Of a stretch of DNA of 64,000 bases, positions 1 to 11,300 are shown piece by piece; position 1 is the first letter of the stretch; each line of letters opens with the position of its first letter. Below the pieces are notes generated by a model. That model saw only the letters and a program-made list of their open reading frames with translations. It had not been told where the DNA came from and did not search any database. The position numbers and the translations under genes are program-made. Location: assembly GCA_033763315.1 (NCBI GenBank), contig JANRKS010000019.1, positions 128,001 to 192,000 on the forward strand, read 5' to 3'. This DNA is from Deltaproteobacteria bacterium (GTDB lineage: Bacteria; Myxococcota_A; Polyangia; Fen-1088).

Positions 1-518
1 ACCTCACGGTGTACGCCAACGGCGACAGGCAACGTCAATGCAAGGTCAATCTCAAATCTGTGAAGGGCGACTGCACGCCCTTGCTGGTCGGCCTGATCCG
101 GGCGTCTTTGTTAGGCGATCCCACCAAACCGCCGACTGACCCCACGGTGCTTGATGATCGTCTGATTTATCCGTTGGCCAGCATCTTGTGCGAGCGTGGG
201 AGCGTGATGGGCTTCGATAGCTTGGATACGATCATATCGGTGTTAAGCAACCCTGCGGCGTCGATCTCCCGCGAGGATCCGCGTTACCAGATGATGCAAG
301 GCATGCGTGGCATCACCATCACGAAGCAAGATCTCGATAAGGTGGCGTATGTGGGCAACCCGCGCGTTTATCGCATCGTCGCCACGGGTGAGGTGGGCAA
401 AGTGAAGAAGAAGATCACGGCGATCTTGGACACACAGCGGGATCTGTTCAATCCAGTGAGCCAGAACGTGATGGCCGAGAAAGCCGCAGGCGTTTACCAA
501 TTTTGGCGAGAAGAGTAG
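1..518 (+). CDS. gspK: Type II secretion minor pseudopilin GspK, C-terminal part (5' truncated by the window)
   Basis: C-terminus 'VYRIVATGEVGKVKKKITAILD...YQFWREE' is GspK-like; lies directly upstream of gspL-M-N. Confidence 0.75.
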   Translation, partial: LTVYANGDRQRQCKVNLKSVKGDCTPLLVGLIRASLLGDPTKPPTDPTVLDDRLIYPLASILCERGSVMGFDSLDTIISVLSNPAASISREDPRYQMMQGMRGITITKQDLDKVAYVGNPRVYRIVATGEVGKVKKKITAILDTQRDLFNPVSQNVMAEKAAGVYQFWREE

Positions 519-530
519 TTCGGAGCAAGC

Positions 531-2174
531 ATGGCGCATGTAATCACAGGCATTGATGTTGGCACCTACGCGGTGAAGTTCGTTTGCATTGAAACGGGCT
601 TTCGTAAAGCGAAGGTGCAAACGGCGTTTGAACAACTCGTGGCCGCGGGCCCTGAACCTTTGGAGGAACGCCAAAGCAAGGCCGTGCGGGCGGGGTTGGA
701 TCAGATCGCACACGAGATGACGTGCTACGCGGCGTTGCCCGGCGATCGATTGGCGGTGCGGCGGTTGCTGTTTCCCATCGCCGACGCGCGCAAAGTGGAA
801 GCCGCAATCCCATTCGAGCTTGAAGGCGAGATCGTGTCGCCTCTTGAAGAGGTGGTGTTCGACTACGAATTCCTGCCGCGGCTTCTTGCCGTGGGCGAAA
901 AGGAACGCGGCAGCCGCATCCTGGCTGTGGCAGCGGCTCGCCAGGACGTGGCCAATACGCTCGAATTCTGGAAGGGCACGGGCGTGCAACCGCGCAGCTT
1001 GTACGCAAGCTCGCTCATTTATCGTTTCATTGAACCCGTGACGCCCGTCGCCGCCATGGCGGCCGCGGTGGGTACGGACGACACCAGTGTGACGCCCGTT
1101 GAGCCCGTTGCCGCGTTGCCCACGCTACATCTGCTCGTAGATCTGGGCGCCACGCGCACCAATTTGGTGGTGCTTGAGGCGGGGCGGCCCGTTTATGCGC
1201 GCACCGTGTTGCGCGGTGGCAATGAACTGACGGCCGCCTTGGCCAAGGCCTTCAATGCCACACCCGAGCAGGCCGAGGAGGCCAAACGCACACGCGGGGC
1301 GGTGGCGCACGCAGGGTTTGTGCCGCGTGATGCGATCGAAGCGCGGATGGCTGAGGTCTTGCGCGGGGCTGTGGCTCCGCTGGTGCGCGACGTGCGCCAA
1401 ACCATCACCAGTTTCCGCAGCGCCTTTTCGCGCGATGTGGAGCTGATGACTGTGGTCGGCGGGGGCGCCGCGCAGAAGGGCCTGGTGGAAGCGCTGAGCG
1501 AAGAGCTAGGCTTGCAACGGGCCTCGCTTGAAATCGATCGCGGCAGTCTGCAAGTGGACGCGAACGAAGCGCCGCTTGACGGCCGCTTCGCTTTGGCGGA
1601 AGCCTTGGCATGGGCTGGGGCGCGCGGCAGCCGTCACATCGATCTGCGCAAAGGCCCGTTTGCCTATAAGGCCAGCTTCTCCGTGCTGCGCCAAAAGGGT
1701 CTGCACTTGGCGGCTTTGGCGGCAGCCATTTTGTTGTCGGTGATCATCGACGGCAGCATGGCCTACTCGAAGCTGCACAAGGAAAGCACAAAATTGGAAG
1801 CTGAATTGGAGCGGGCCACCACGGAGTTGTTCGGGCGTGCGGACACCGACGCCGATAGCGTCGCGCGCTTGCTCAAGCGAGGCTTTCGCGAAGAGATGCC
1901 GCCCATCCCGCCGCTTACGGCCTACGACATCATGAACGAAGTGTCGCGCCGGGCGCCATCGAAGGAAAAAATTAAGCTCGACATTTTGCAGTTGGACATT
2001 CGTCCCAAGAAGATCTTCATCAAGGGCACGATCGATTCAGTGGCCGCGGTAGACGAAATCGTCACGGCTTTCAAAGAGATCGATTGCTTCGAGGAGATTC
2101 AAAAGGGAGCCATCACTGAGGTCTCTGGTGGCACAAAGCAATTTAGCCTCAACATCAAATCGACTTGCCCCTAG
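531..2174 (+). CDS. gspL: Type II secretion protein GspL (PilM-like actin-fold N-terminus, TM helix, periplasmic domain)
   Basis: 'GIDVG' and 'LVDLGA' actin-like motifs, one TM near the C-terminal third, gspK-L-M-N order, GGAG SD upstream. Confidence 0.85.
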   Translation: MAHVITGIDVGTYAVKFVCIETGFRKAKVQTAFEQLVAAGPEPLEERQSKAVRAGLDQIAHEMTCYAALPGDRLAVRRLLFPIADARKVEAAIPFELEGEIVSPLEEVVFDYEFLPRLLAVGEKERGSRILAVAAARQDVANTLEFWKGTGVQPRSLYASSLIYRFIEPVTPVAAMAAAVGTDDTSVTPVEPVAALPTLHLLVDLGATRTNLVVLEAGRPVYARTVLRGGNELTAALAKAFNATPEQAEEAKRTRGAVAHAGFVPRDAIEARMAEVLRGAVAPLVRDVRQTITSFRSAFSRDVELMTVVGGGAAQKGLVEALSEELGLQRASLEIDRGSLQVDANEAPLDGRFALAEALAWAGARGSRHIDLRKGPFAYKASFSVLRQKGLHLAALAAAILLSVIIDGSMAYSKLHKESTKLEAELERATTELFGRADTDADSVARLLKRGFREEMPPIPPLTAYDIMNEVSRRAPSKEKIKLDILQLDIRPKKIFIKGTIDSVAAVDEIVTAFKEIDCFEEIQKGAITEVSGGTKQFSLNIKSTCP

Positions 2175-2192
2175 GCGCGAAGGACGTTGGCA

Positions 2193-2816
2193 ATGGCAAA
2201 ACTAAACGGTTTAAAAAACCTTGTTCGTCGGCCGGTGGCTTTGGTCAGCGCCGAGTGGGAACGCATGGCCCCGCGCGAGCGCAGCCTGGTTTCAGCGCTT
2301 GGTGCGGCGGTTGTGGTGATGGTGTTGTTCGTGGGAGGCTTTGTCTTCTTTTCAAGCCTGTCCGATGTGGCGGATCGCAACGAAAGCATTCGGGAAGCGC
2401 TCAAGGCCATCGCGCGCAACCGCAATGAATACCTGCAGGCAAAAGATCAGATGCGCGCCGTGGAGGTCCGCATTGGCACGGTGGCGCCGCAATTAGCCAC
2501 GGATCTCGAAGCGGCCGCGCGAGAGGTGGGCATTCAAATTCCGGAGACCACCGAACGGCCCGCCACGGCGGCGGGGCAACGCTACATGGAGCACCGGGTG
2601 GATGTGACCCTGCGCCAAGTGGACCTGCGGCAGCTGTCGCGTTTCCTATACAAATTGGAGACGGGGCAACATCTGATCTACGTCACGGCGTTAGACGTGC
2701 GACGTCGGTTCGCAGAGAAGGATAAGTTGGACGTGAAGCTGACGGCCACGGCGCTTGAGCGCGTGCAAGCCCAGCCGCCGAAGCGCAAGGGTGCGGGGAA
2801 AAAAGAAGATGTTTGA
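2193..2816 (+). CDS. gspM: Type II secretion protein GspM
   Basis: 'WERMAPRERSLV' followed by a TM helix, the typical GspM start; ATG 2193 preferred over TTG 2187. Confidence 0.8.
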   Translation: MAKLNGLKNLVRRPVALVSAEWERMAPRERSLVSALGAAVVVMVLFVGGFVFFSSLSDVADRNESIREALKAIARNRNEYLQAKDQMRAVEVRIGTVAPQLATDLEAAAREVGIQIPETTERPATAAGQRYMEHRVDVTLRQVDLRQLSRFLYKLETGQHLIYVTALDVRRRFAEKDKLDVKLTATALERVQAQPPKRKGAGKKEDV

Positions 2817-3849
2817 CATCAAAAAATTTCGGCTGGGCCGCTTGCTGCTGCGTACGGGCGGCCTGGGCATCACGGTGATGTTTGGCATCATCGTGTACGG
2901 CATCTCGATGTTGTTTGTGTTCCCGTTCGACCGGGTGGGCGAATTCGTGGAAGCCACGATGAGCAACATGGGATACGACGTGGAGGTGGGCGCCACAAAG
3001 CCGCTGTTTGGCATCGGCGTTAAGCTTGAGGACGTGCGCGTCGCCACCCGGCCCACCGATGGCACCAAGCCCTCACGCTTCGTGATCGATAAGGCGCGCA
3101 TTACCACCAGCCCCTTGAAGAATTTGATGGGTGGCCTGGCCTATGACATCAAGGCTGAGGCGTTCGGCGGTGAAGTGGCCGTGGTTGTTGAGGCCGATAA
3201 GGAGGCGGGGTCGGGCAAGGCGTTGATCAAGGACATTTCGTTGGCAGAGCTGCCTGGAATTCGCGAATCGATTGGCCTGCCCATTGCGGGCACCATCCAT
3301 TCCGAAATCGAATTGATGTTGCCTAAGTTGCGCGCGGCTGCGGCTGACGGGCGCTTCGAGATCACCTGCAACGATTGCTCGCTGGGCGACGGCAAAGCAA
3401 AGCTGCGTGTGCCCAGCAACCCGCTGTTGGCGGAGGGCATGACGATGCCGAAGCTGCGCGTGGGCGATCTCGAGGGAACCATCGTGTTCGAGAAGGGAAC
3501 CGGCCTCATCGAGGGTATGCACTCCAAGAGTCCCGACATCGAGTTGGATGTGGAAGGGTCTGTGCGTCTATCAGATCCTGTGGATCTTTCGCAGCTGGAT
3601 CTTTATGTGAAGTTCAAGCTCAGCGAGAAGCTGGTGAAGAGCAACGACAAGTTTCAGCTGCTGTTGCAGTTCGCCGAGATGCAGGGCAAACGCGCCGATG
3701 GGTTCTATGGCTTTCGCCTGCAGGGTTCGCCCCGGCGACTGCGCGATCCACAATGGTCGAAAACGTCGCCGTTTCCCCCCAAGGGCCAGCGGCGAGCACC
3801 AAAGCCCAAAGCCGCGGCGGCAGCGTTGCCTAAGTCAAACGCGGCCTAG
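2809..3849 (+). CDS. gspN: Type II secretion protein GspN (deltaproteobacterial type)
   Basis: N-terminal TM '...VFPFDRV', beta-rich body, overlaps the gspM stop; start moved to ATG 2809 (MFDIKK). Confidence 0.75.
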   Translation: MFDIKKFRLGRLLLRTGGLGITVMFGIIVYGISMLFVFPFDRVGEFVEATMSNMGYDVEVGATKPLFGIGVKLEDVRVATRPTDGTKPSRFVIDKARITTSPLKNLMGGLAYDIKAEAFGGEVAVVVEADKEAGSGKALIKDISLAELPGIRESIGLPIAGTIHSEIELMLPKLRAAAADGRFEITCNDCSLGDGKAKLRVPSNPLLAEGMTMPKLRVGDLEGTIVFEKGTGLIEGMHSKSPDIELDVEGSVRLSDPVDLSQLDLYVKFKLSEKLVKSNDKFQLLLQFAEMQGKRADGFYGFRLQGSPRRLRDPQWSKTSPFPPKGQRRAPKPKAAAAALPKSNAA

Positions 3850-3855
3850 GTTGCG

Positions 3856-4935
3856 TCAGCTGGTGGCGCCCTCCAACTTGCGAAGGCGTTCATAAAGCGT
3901 GGTGCGTGAGATGCCTAAAGTGGCAGCGGCCTGGCGGCGGTTGCCATTGGCGGCACGCAGGTGGTGACGGATGACGGCCGCTTCCACCTCTTCCCACGAT
4001 TTGCCCTGCAAACATAGCCAGGCCGGATCATCGGGCGCAGGACCTTTGGTGTGCGGCGTGCGCGAATCATTGGGCGCCTCGCCGTTCGGCTCATACGAGC
4101 CGCCATCTTCCGCCACACGCGCCTGCGGGAGGCGCGATGGCGTCTGCGCAGCCACCGCGGCCCATACCTCATCCAAAAGGTGTGTTTCGTCAAGCGGCGC
4201 GCCCCCCAAGGCCATGGCTCGCCAAACCAAATGCCGGAGCTCACGCACGTTGCCCGGCCACGTGTGTTGACCAAGCGCAAGGCACGCATGCTCGGAGAGC
4301 GCCCCCGCGCCAGGGCCGCCCCTACCCAACGACGGTGCAAAAGCATTGGCAAAGTGCTCCACCAGGAGCGGCAGGTCGTCGGGCCGCTGCCGCAGCGGCG
4401 GCATGGCGACCGACATGCCACACAAGCGGTGATACAGGTCCAAACGAAACCGTCCCGCTTGTGCTTCGTGCAGCAGGTTCCGGTTGGTGACCGCCACGAT
4501 GCGCGCGTTCACGGCCACGCTTCGCCGGCTGCCCAGCGGCGTGACGAATGGCTCTTCCAACACGCGCAACAGTTTCGGCTGCAGATCGATTGGTAGCTCT
4601 CCGATCTCGTCCAACACCAACGTGCCCCCGTTGGCCGCCACGAAGCATCCGACGTGGGCGTCGCGCGCGCCGGTGAAAGCGCCACGCTCATGCCCAAACA
4701 AGGCGCTATCGATCAACTCACGCGGAAAGCCCGCGCAATTGATCACAACGTAAGGGCCTTGTCTGTGCTGGCTGTGCTGGTGAATGAACCGCGCCAGCAG
4801 CTCTTTGCCGGTGCCGCTTTCGCCGGTGACCAGAACCGGCAGTGGGCTGCGCGCCGCGCGTTCGGCGCGGCCCAGCACAGCCGCCAGGGCAGGGGAGCGC
4901 CCCACCAATTCTGCTCCGTAATCTCTATCGCCCAT
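3856..4935 (-). CDS. Sigma54-dependent enhancer-binding protein (AAA+ and Fis HTH) without an N-terminal sensor domain
   Basis: GESGTGKE Walker A, GAFTGA, LDEIGE Walker B, WPGNVREL, C-terminal HTH 'AAATLGISRTTLYERL'. Confidence 0.92.
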   Translation of the reverse strand: MGDRDYGAELVGRSPALAAVLGRAERAARSPLPVLVTGESGTGKELLARFIHQHSQHRQGPYVVINCAGFPRELIDSALFGHERGAFTGARDAHVGCFVAANGGTLVLDEIGELPIDLQPKLLRVLEEPFVTPLGSRRSVAVNARIVAVTNRNLLHEAQAGRFRLDLYHRLCGMSVAMPPLRQRPDDLPLLVEHFANAFAPSLGRGGPGAGALSEHACLALGQHTWPGNVRELRHLVWRAMALGGAPLDETHLLDEVWAAVAAQTPSRLPQARVAEDGGSYEPNGEAPNDSRTPHTKGPAPDDPAWLCLQGKSWEEVEAAVIRHHLRAANGNRRQAAATLGISRTTLYERLRKLEGATS

Positions 4936-4988
4936 ACCCGGCTATCGGCCGGGTGTGGGCAAAGTTGCGTGAAATCAGCGACGCCCGA

Positions 4989-7900
4989 TCATTTACATTG
5001 GCCGTTGGTGCACGTCGTACCGGAGCCACACACGTTGCCGCAGGCGCCGCAGTTGCTGGCGTTGTTAGCAAAGTTGACGCAAGCGCCGTTGCACTCGGAG
5101 GTGCCTGGCGCACACACGGAGCAGCAGCGGAATCCCGTGGACGGATGCTTGTAGTCAAGCGGCACGCCCACCGCGGTGAAGTTGCAGCGCAACGACGAGA
5201 TGCCGTTGTAATAGTCGCTGGTAAAGTCGCCGCCACGGATTGTGTAGATGTTGCGGCCGCTGAGCGTGCCAGGGCAATCCTCGGTCCACTCCGATACGTT
5301 GCCACTCATATCGAACACGGCCTGTTCGCCGTTTTCGCTGCCCAGGTCCGCTGTCTTGCAGGCGGTTTTGGCGCCTGAAGCCGAGGCGGCCGCGTTGGCT
5401 TGGTTGCTCCAGGATTCAAGCCCATTGCACGTGGCGCTTTGGTATGTGGTGCCATACGGATATGTTTCGGCGCCCGCGCGTGTGTATTCACACGCAAATC
5501 CCCACTCATCCACCGTGATGTTTCCGCCGCACGCGGATGCCGTTCGGTTGCTGCGGCAAAGCCGCATGCCCGCCGCGGCGCACGCCGTTTGCGCTTCCGT
5601 GTATGTGACCGAGGTCCAGGGAAGCGCCGACGCCTTCGAGCAGGCCCGGCTGCCCAGCACGCCCACGTCGGCTGTTTTGGCGTCTTGTCGGCTCGCTTCG
5701 TATTGGTAGATGTAGTAGTTCTTCCCGCCCACATTCACGTTGACCACAGCGTCGCGCACGCCTTGGCAATCGGACGATCCGCACTTGGTGAGGCCGCTGG
5801 GGTTGTCCCACGCTTCGTCCGTGATGCCGTCACAGTCGTTGTCTGCGCCGTCGCACACTTCGTTGCTGGCGCTGGGCGCGGGGCCGCTGTATTGGCACGA
5901 GGCCGCCGCGGTCTTATCAGCGGGATCGCAGCCGATTGTGCCTGTGCGTTGGCACGCACCCACGCCGCTATCGCTGCAGCTCGTCCCCTTGGTGGCCACG
6001 AATTCATCTGTGGCACCGTCGCAATCGTTGTCTTTGCCGTCGCACCATGACTCTTGCCCAATGATTTCGTTGGGGGCCGTTTGCTGGACGTTGGCGTTGT
6101 AGCTGCAGATCCAGTCGGGAACCTCGCCCACGCTGGCGCTCAGGCATTGAGGCTTGGCGCCACCTGCCACGTTGCCGCACTCGCCAAGCTGTAAGCAGAA
6201 GTTCGCTGGGCGCAAAATGTCCGGATCGGCCTCATCCGTCAGCTTGTCACAGTCATTGTCTTTGCCGTCACAAACTTCGGGCCCCGTGGGAGTGCAATTG
6301 TATTCACAGCCATTGGCCGCGTTGCCGTCTTGGTTCACCCAGCCCGTTTTGCAGGGGCCAAGCGTGCACTGGCTGGTCTGGCACAGCGCCACCGCATTGG
6401 AGAATGAACAGCTGGTGCCGCAACTGCCGCAGAACCGAGGATCAGACGTCTTATCGAAGCCGTCGTCTGTGGTGCCGTCGCAGTTGTTGTCCACGTTGTC
6501 GCACGTCTCGGGCCGCGGCGTTTGGTAGTTCTGGCAGGCCAACTGGCCGCCCAAGCACTTGTACTTGCCCAGCACGCAGATGCCCTTGCAGGTGCCCGCC
6601 GCGGGATCACAACCCACCGTGGCGTCGGGATAACAATTTTTGCCGTCCTGCGGATCGCTTTCATCAATGAGGCCGTCGCAGTCGTTGTCCTTGCCGTCGC
6701 AGATCTCGGTGCCCCCGTTGCTTGGCGTGCATTGGTATTCGCAACCGTCGGCGGTGTTGTTGTTGGCATTGGTGTAACCGGCGCTGCATGTGCCCATCGC
6801 ACACTGGCCGTTGCTGCACATGGCACCGGCGTTGGCAAACTGGCATTGGCGCCCACACTGGCCACAGTTGTTGGCATCGGTGGCCACCGTGAAGCCCTCA
6901 TCCGTCATGCCGTCGCAGTCATTGTCCACGCCATCGCAGGTTTCTGCACCTGAGTTCACGCAGAAGTATTCGCAGCCCGTGGTGGCATTGCCGTCGATGT
7001 CATAGAAATTGGCGTTGCATCCGCCCAAGCTGCACTGGCTGTTGCTGCACACGCCCACGGCGTTTGCGTATGAGCAGATGGTGCCGCAACCACCACAGTT
7101 GCGCGGATCGGTGGCCTTGTTGATGCCCTCGTCGGTCATGCCATCGCAGTCGTCATCGGCGCCGTTGCACACGTCTTGGCCGCGGAAGGTGCATTGGTAT
7201 TCGCAGCCATCGCCTTGCGTGGTGTTAAGATCCACGAAGCCGGGTGAGCAAACTTCAAGTTGGCACATGCCCGTCACGCACTTGGGTACGGCGTTTTGAA
7301 ACGAACACGGTTCGCAGTTGCCGCAATAGCGGATGTCGCTGAGTTTGTTGAAGCCTTCATCAACGCTGCCGTCGCAATTGTTGTCGCGTCCGTCGCACAC
7401 TTCGATGCCCGGCTCTTTGGCACCCAGGCACACCAGCCGCCCTGAGGTGCACGTCAGGACGCCGCGCGTGCACACGCCCACGTTCACCACATCGGGCCCA
7501 CAGGCACCGCCTTGGTCTACAGGGCTGTTGTCGATCCCGCCGTCGCAGTCGTTGTCTTGGCCGTCACAAATCTCTGTGCCGCTGTTCGATACGGTGCACT
7601 CATACTCGCACCCGTCTTCAGCCTTCTTGTTCAGGTCGATTCGTCCCGCATTGCACGCGCCCATCTGGCAGGCGCCATCGCTGCAGGTGGCGGCCGCGTT
7701 CGGATAGTCACAGCTTTTGCCGCAGACGCCGCAGTTGTTGAGATCCGTCTTGAACGCGAAGTCCTCGTCCACCAGGCCATCACAGTCGTTGTCGGCACCG
7801 TCGCACAGTTCAACGCCGCCGTTGCTGCGCAAACACTCGCAGCCGTTCTCAAGCTTCTTGTCCACGTCGAACCAGCCAGGCAAACAATCGGCCACGCCGC

Positions 7901-8321
7901 ATGTGCCTTGCACGCATGAAGCAAACGCATGCGTCACAACACAAATCTTGCCACACGCGCCACAGTTGCCCGGATCCTTCGTGAGATCGAAGCCATTGTC
8001 GATGATGCCATCACAATCGTTGTCGAGGCCGTCGCACAGCTCTCGTTCGATCTTGCACAGGCCGCCGTCGGCCAAAGGTACGAAGCCATCGGGAATTTCG
8101 CGCGCGTCCATGCTGCCCGATCCACCACCACCGCTGCCGCCACCACCGTTGGCGCCACCCGCAAATGGGTTATACCCGCCGTCGGTGTCGCCTGGGTTGG
8201 GTCTGCCGCCGCCGTCGCTCTTGAGATCAAACGTTCGGACTTCGCAGCCACCGAGCGCCAGAGTGGCAAAGGTGCAAACAAACAGGGCTGGCAAAGCCTG
8301 TAGACTCAGAGGTCGCTTCAT
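4989..8321 (-). CDS. Giant Cys-rich lipoprotein: about 11 MopE-like 'CDGxDNDCDG' repeats, interleaved 'NCGxCGxxC' repeats, C-terminal FGE-sulfatase/CLec-like domain
   Basis: Start MKRPLS (ATG 8321, ATGA overlap with upstream stop), lipobox LGGC, 'DMSGNVSEW...RGG...GFRCC' FGE-sulfatase motifs. Confidence 0.85.
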   Translation of the reverse strand: MKRPLSLQALPALFVCTFATLALGGCEVRTFDLKSDGGGRPNPGDTDGGYNPFAGGANGGGGSGGGGSGSMDAREIPDGFVPLADGGLCKIERELCDGLDNDCDGIIDNGFDLTKDPGNCGACGKICVVTHAFASCVQGTCGVADCLPGWFDVDKKLENGCECLRSNGGVELCDGADNDCDGLVDEDFAFKTDLNNCGVCGKSCDYPNAAATCSDGACQMGACNAGRIDLNKKAEDGCEYECTVSNSGTEICDGQDNDCDGGIDNSPVDQGGACGPDVVNVGVCTRGVLTCTSGRLVCLGAKEPGIEVCDGRDNNCDGSVDEGFNKLSDIRYCGNCEPCSFQNAVPKCVTGMCQLEVCSPGFVDLNTTQGDGCEYQCTFRGQDVCNGADDDCDGMTDEGINKATDPRNCGGCGTICSYANAVGVCSNSQCSLGGCNANFYDIDGNATTGCEYFCVNSGAETCDGVDNDCDGMTDEGFTVATDANNCGQCGRQCQFANAGAMCSNGQCAMGTCSAGYTNANNNTADGCEYQCTPSNGGTEICDGKDNDCDGLIDESDPQDGKNCYPDATVGCDPAAGTCKGICVLGKYKCLGGQLACQNYQTPRPETCDNVDNNCDGTTDDGFDKTSDPRFCGSCGTSCSFSNAVALCQTSQCTLGPCKTGWVNQDGNAANGCEYNCTPTGPEVCDGKDNDCDKLTDEADPDILRPANFCLQLGECGNVAGGAKPQCLSASVGEVPDWICSYNANVQQTAPNEIIGQESWCDGKDNDCDGATDEFVATKGTSCSDSGVGACQRTGTIGCDPADKTAAASCQYSGPAPSASNEVCDGADNDCDGITDEAWDNPSGLTKCGSSDCQGVRDAVVNVNVGGKNYYIYQYEASRQDAKTADVGVLGSRACSKASALPWTSVTYTEAQTACAAAGMRLCRSNRTASACGGNITVDEWGFACEYTRAGAETYPYGTTYQSATCNGLESWSNQANAAASASGAKTACKTADLGSENGEQAVFDMSGNVSEWTEDCPGTLSGRNIYTIRGGDFTSDYYNGISSLRCNFTAVGVPLDYKHPSTGFRCCSVCAPGTSECNGACVNFANNASNCGACGNVCGSGTTCTNGQCK

Positions 8322-11300
8322 CGTGACACCTCCGCCTGCGCGCGGCTTTGTTGGCGCCGTCTTCGTTTCAATCTGAACGCCGCCGCCGCCCCCAAGATCA
8401 CCATCGCCCACGTTCCTCCGGCGGTGGATGTATCCGTGGCCGAACCAATGCGGCAAGTGCAGTTTGTGAGGCCACCACCAGAGGTGGCGATCTTATCGCT
8501 TGGGGGCGCCTCCGTGGGCGGCGTTTGATCAGGTGGCAACACGCACAACGGGAAGCCATCGGTGGTGAGCTCGCAGCGCGTGCCGCCAGGGCATTTCAGA
8601 TCAAGGCATGGATCAATTTGGCATGTGCCCAAGGCCTCAACACACCGCAACCCGGCCATGCATTGAATGATCGCGCATTGGCTCGGCCTGCATACCTTCG
8701 TTGTTGGATCGCAGACCTCGCCGCGTGCACACGCAACGTTCGCGCAGGGATCCGCACCGCAGGTGCCCTCGCGGCACGACTGACCTGCGGGGCAGGTGAT
8801 GCCGAAGCAATCTTTCACGCACTGGCCGGCGCGGCAGTAGGTTTTGTCGCCGCAAACGACGCCCGCGCACTTGTCCACCTCACACACGTGCGCTCGGCAC
8901 AGCTGGCCCGCGGGGCAGCCCAGCGTTTGGCAATCGAAGCACAAGCCGTTGGTGCACACAAAGCCAGGCGCGCAATTGACGCCCAAACAACGATCCACGC
9001 AGTTTCCAGTGCTGTCACACGTGCTGCCCACGGGGCACTTCACGTTGGCGCACACGTTCTTCACGCAGTACCCCTCTTTGCAAAGGCGATCCGCGGTGCA
9101 GCTGAATTCGCCTGTGCCGCAAGGGGGGACGCATTCGCCTTCGATGCATTTATTGTCAGCGGGGCATTCGGCCATGTTGTCGGCCACGCCATCGCAGTTG
9201 TTGTCTTTGCCATCGCACAACTCTGGTTGTGGTCCCACGGCTTCGCGGCATTGCCACCCCCACAGGCCATCTTGACCCTTGGCGCACGCGTATTTGCCGG
9301 CTTTGCACTCACCCACAATCGGCGCTTTGGGATCCAGTCCCTTGGGCACACACTCGGGCCCCGGCGCGGTGAGATCTTCATCGACGCTGCCATCGCAGTC
9401 GTTGTCCAGACCGTCACAGATCTCGGCCGTGGGCTCTTTGGCGGTGCACAAGAGCTTGCCGGCAAAGCATTGTGTGATGCCCACCTTGCATTCGCCCACG
9501 TTGCTGCCGCAAGGCAAACCAACGCCGGGCAGGGGCTTGTCAGTGTCTTCCGTGTCGATCTTGCCATCGCAATCGTTGTCGATGCCATCGCAGATCTCAT
9601 CACTGATGTCAGGGGGCTGCACCGAACAGGTGGTGCCATTGCCACGGCCGTTGCAAATGCGCTTGCCCTTGGCGAAACACTTGCCAGCGGCGCCGTTGTC
9701 ACAGTCTTGGCCCACGTCGAAGTCTTCGTCGGTTTGGCCGTCGCAGTCGTTGTCTTTGGTGTCGCACGTTTCGGCGGCAGGCAGCACGGGGTTTACACAA
9801 CCCAGCGTTGCGCCGTTGGCCTGCGCCTGGCAAATGCGCGCGCCCAAACGACACTCGCCTTGGCAGGTCATCAAAGCCGCGTTGCAACCAACACCGCCCA
9901 CGGGGTAGCACTGGGTGCCCAAGTTTGGATCCGTCTCATCGGTGAAACCGTCGCAGTTGTTGTCTTTGCCGTCGCACAATTCAGGCGTGGGATTGGTGGC
10001 GTTCACGCACTTGATCATGCCGGCCACACACAAGAGCGATCCGGCCTTGCACTCGCCGACGTTGAAGCCGCACGTTTGTCCCGAACCAGGAATGGGGCAC
10101 ATCTTGCTCAGGTTCGCCAAACAGGTGGGATCGCAATCGATGCAGCCGTCGCAGTCGTCATCGACGTTGTTGCACACCTCTTGGCCCGGCAACACGCCGC
10201 CTTCACAGAACGGTTGGCCGCCCACGCATTTCCAAACACCGGGTTTGCAAACGCCCACGGCCGCGCTGCACGCTGTGGGTGTCTTGTATTGGTTCTCGGT
10301 CAGATTGTTGTCAATCAAGCCGTCGCAGTCATTGTCCTTGTTGTCACACACTTCGGGCTTGGGGCCATTGGGCTGCACGCACACCTTAGTGGTGCCTTGG
10401 CATTGGTACTGGCCCAGCTTGCATTCGCCAAGCGCGTTGCCACACGAACCCAACGGCGAATCCACCACGCCGTCGCAATCGTCATCCAAGTTGTTGCACA
10501 CCTCTTCGCTTGGGCCTTGGCCGCCCACGCAAACCACGCCGCCGCTTTGGCATTGATAGGTGCCTGGCCGGCACACGCCCACGCCAGAGATGCCAGCGCC
10601 ACACGCGCTGCCGAGGCCGAATCCCTCGTCGGTCATGCCGTCGCAATCATTGTCGAGGCCATCGCAGGGCACTTCGGTGGCGGGCACCACGGAGCCGCTG
10701 CAGCTTGAAAAAGCGCCGGCGGTGCACACGCGGTTGCCGGGTTGGCAGGCCCCAGCGCAGGTCCACTGGCTGCCGTTGTAACTGCAGCCCGCCGTGGCGG
10801 CGGGATAACACGATTCCCCGAAGCCATCGGTCACACCGTCGCAGTTGTTGTCTTTGTTGTCGCAAACCTCGTCCGTGGGGCCGGTGGCGTTCACGCACGT
10901 GGTGTTGCCCGTCTCACACTTGGTAAGGCCAGCTTTGCATTCGCCGATGTTCAGGCCACACGCGACTTGCGCAATGCCTTCATCCGTTTGACCGTTGCAG
11001 TTGTCATCCTTGTTGTTGCAGATCTCGATCTTCTGAGCGCAGGCACAGTTGAGGCCTTCATCGATCTGTCCGTCGCAATCGTCGTCGGCGCAGTCGGTGG
11101 CCGAAAGGCCCGCTGGGCAGTTGGGGGCGGCGCCACACACTTCCGTCACGGGGGTGCCTTCGGTCAAGCTGTTGCCAGAGCACACCAGCGCTGCGGGATC
11201 CGTGCAACGAACGCCGCTGCCGTCGGGCGAACAAGCGTACACACCTGTGCGCTTACAGCGCCCCAAGCCGACGCTGCAAGTCTTGCCTTTTTGCGTGTAA

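Noticed and set aside
4989-5700. CLec/FGE C-terminal domain as a diversity-generating retroelement target
   Set aside because: No template repeat or reverse transcriptase in the window; a remote DGR cannot be excluded
8348-10708. 786-aa plus-strand ORF and many similar ORFs over 5-12 kb
   Set aside because: Antisense shadows of the Cys-rich repeat genes, caused by codon bias; no motifs
5700-11100. Regularly recurring 'gccgtcgcagtcgttgtc'-like DNA repeats as a CRISPR array
   Set aside because: Repeats are in-frame and degenerate at third codon positions, spacing is irregular, and there are no cas genes
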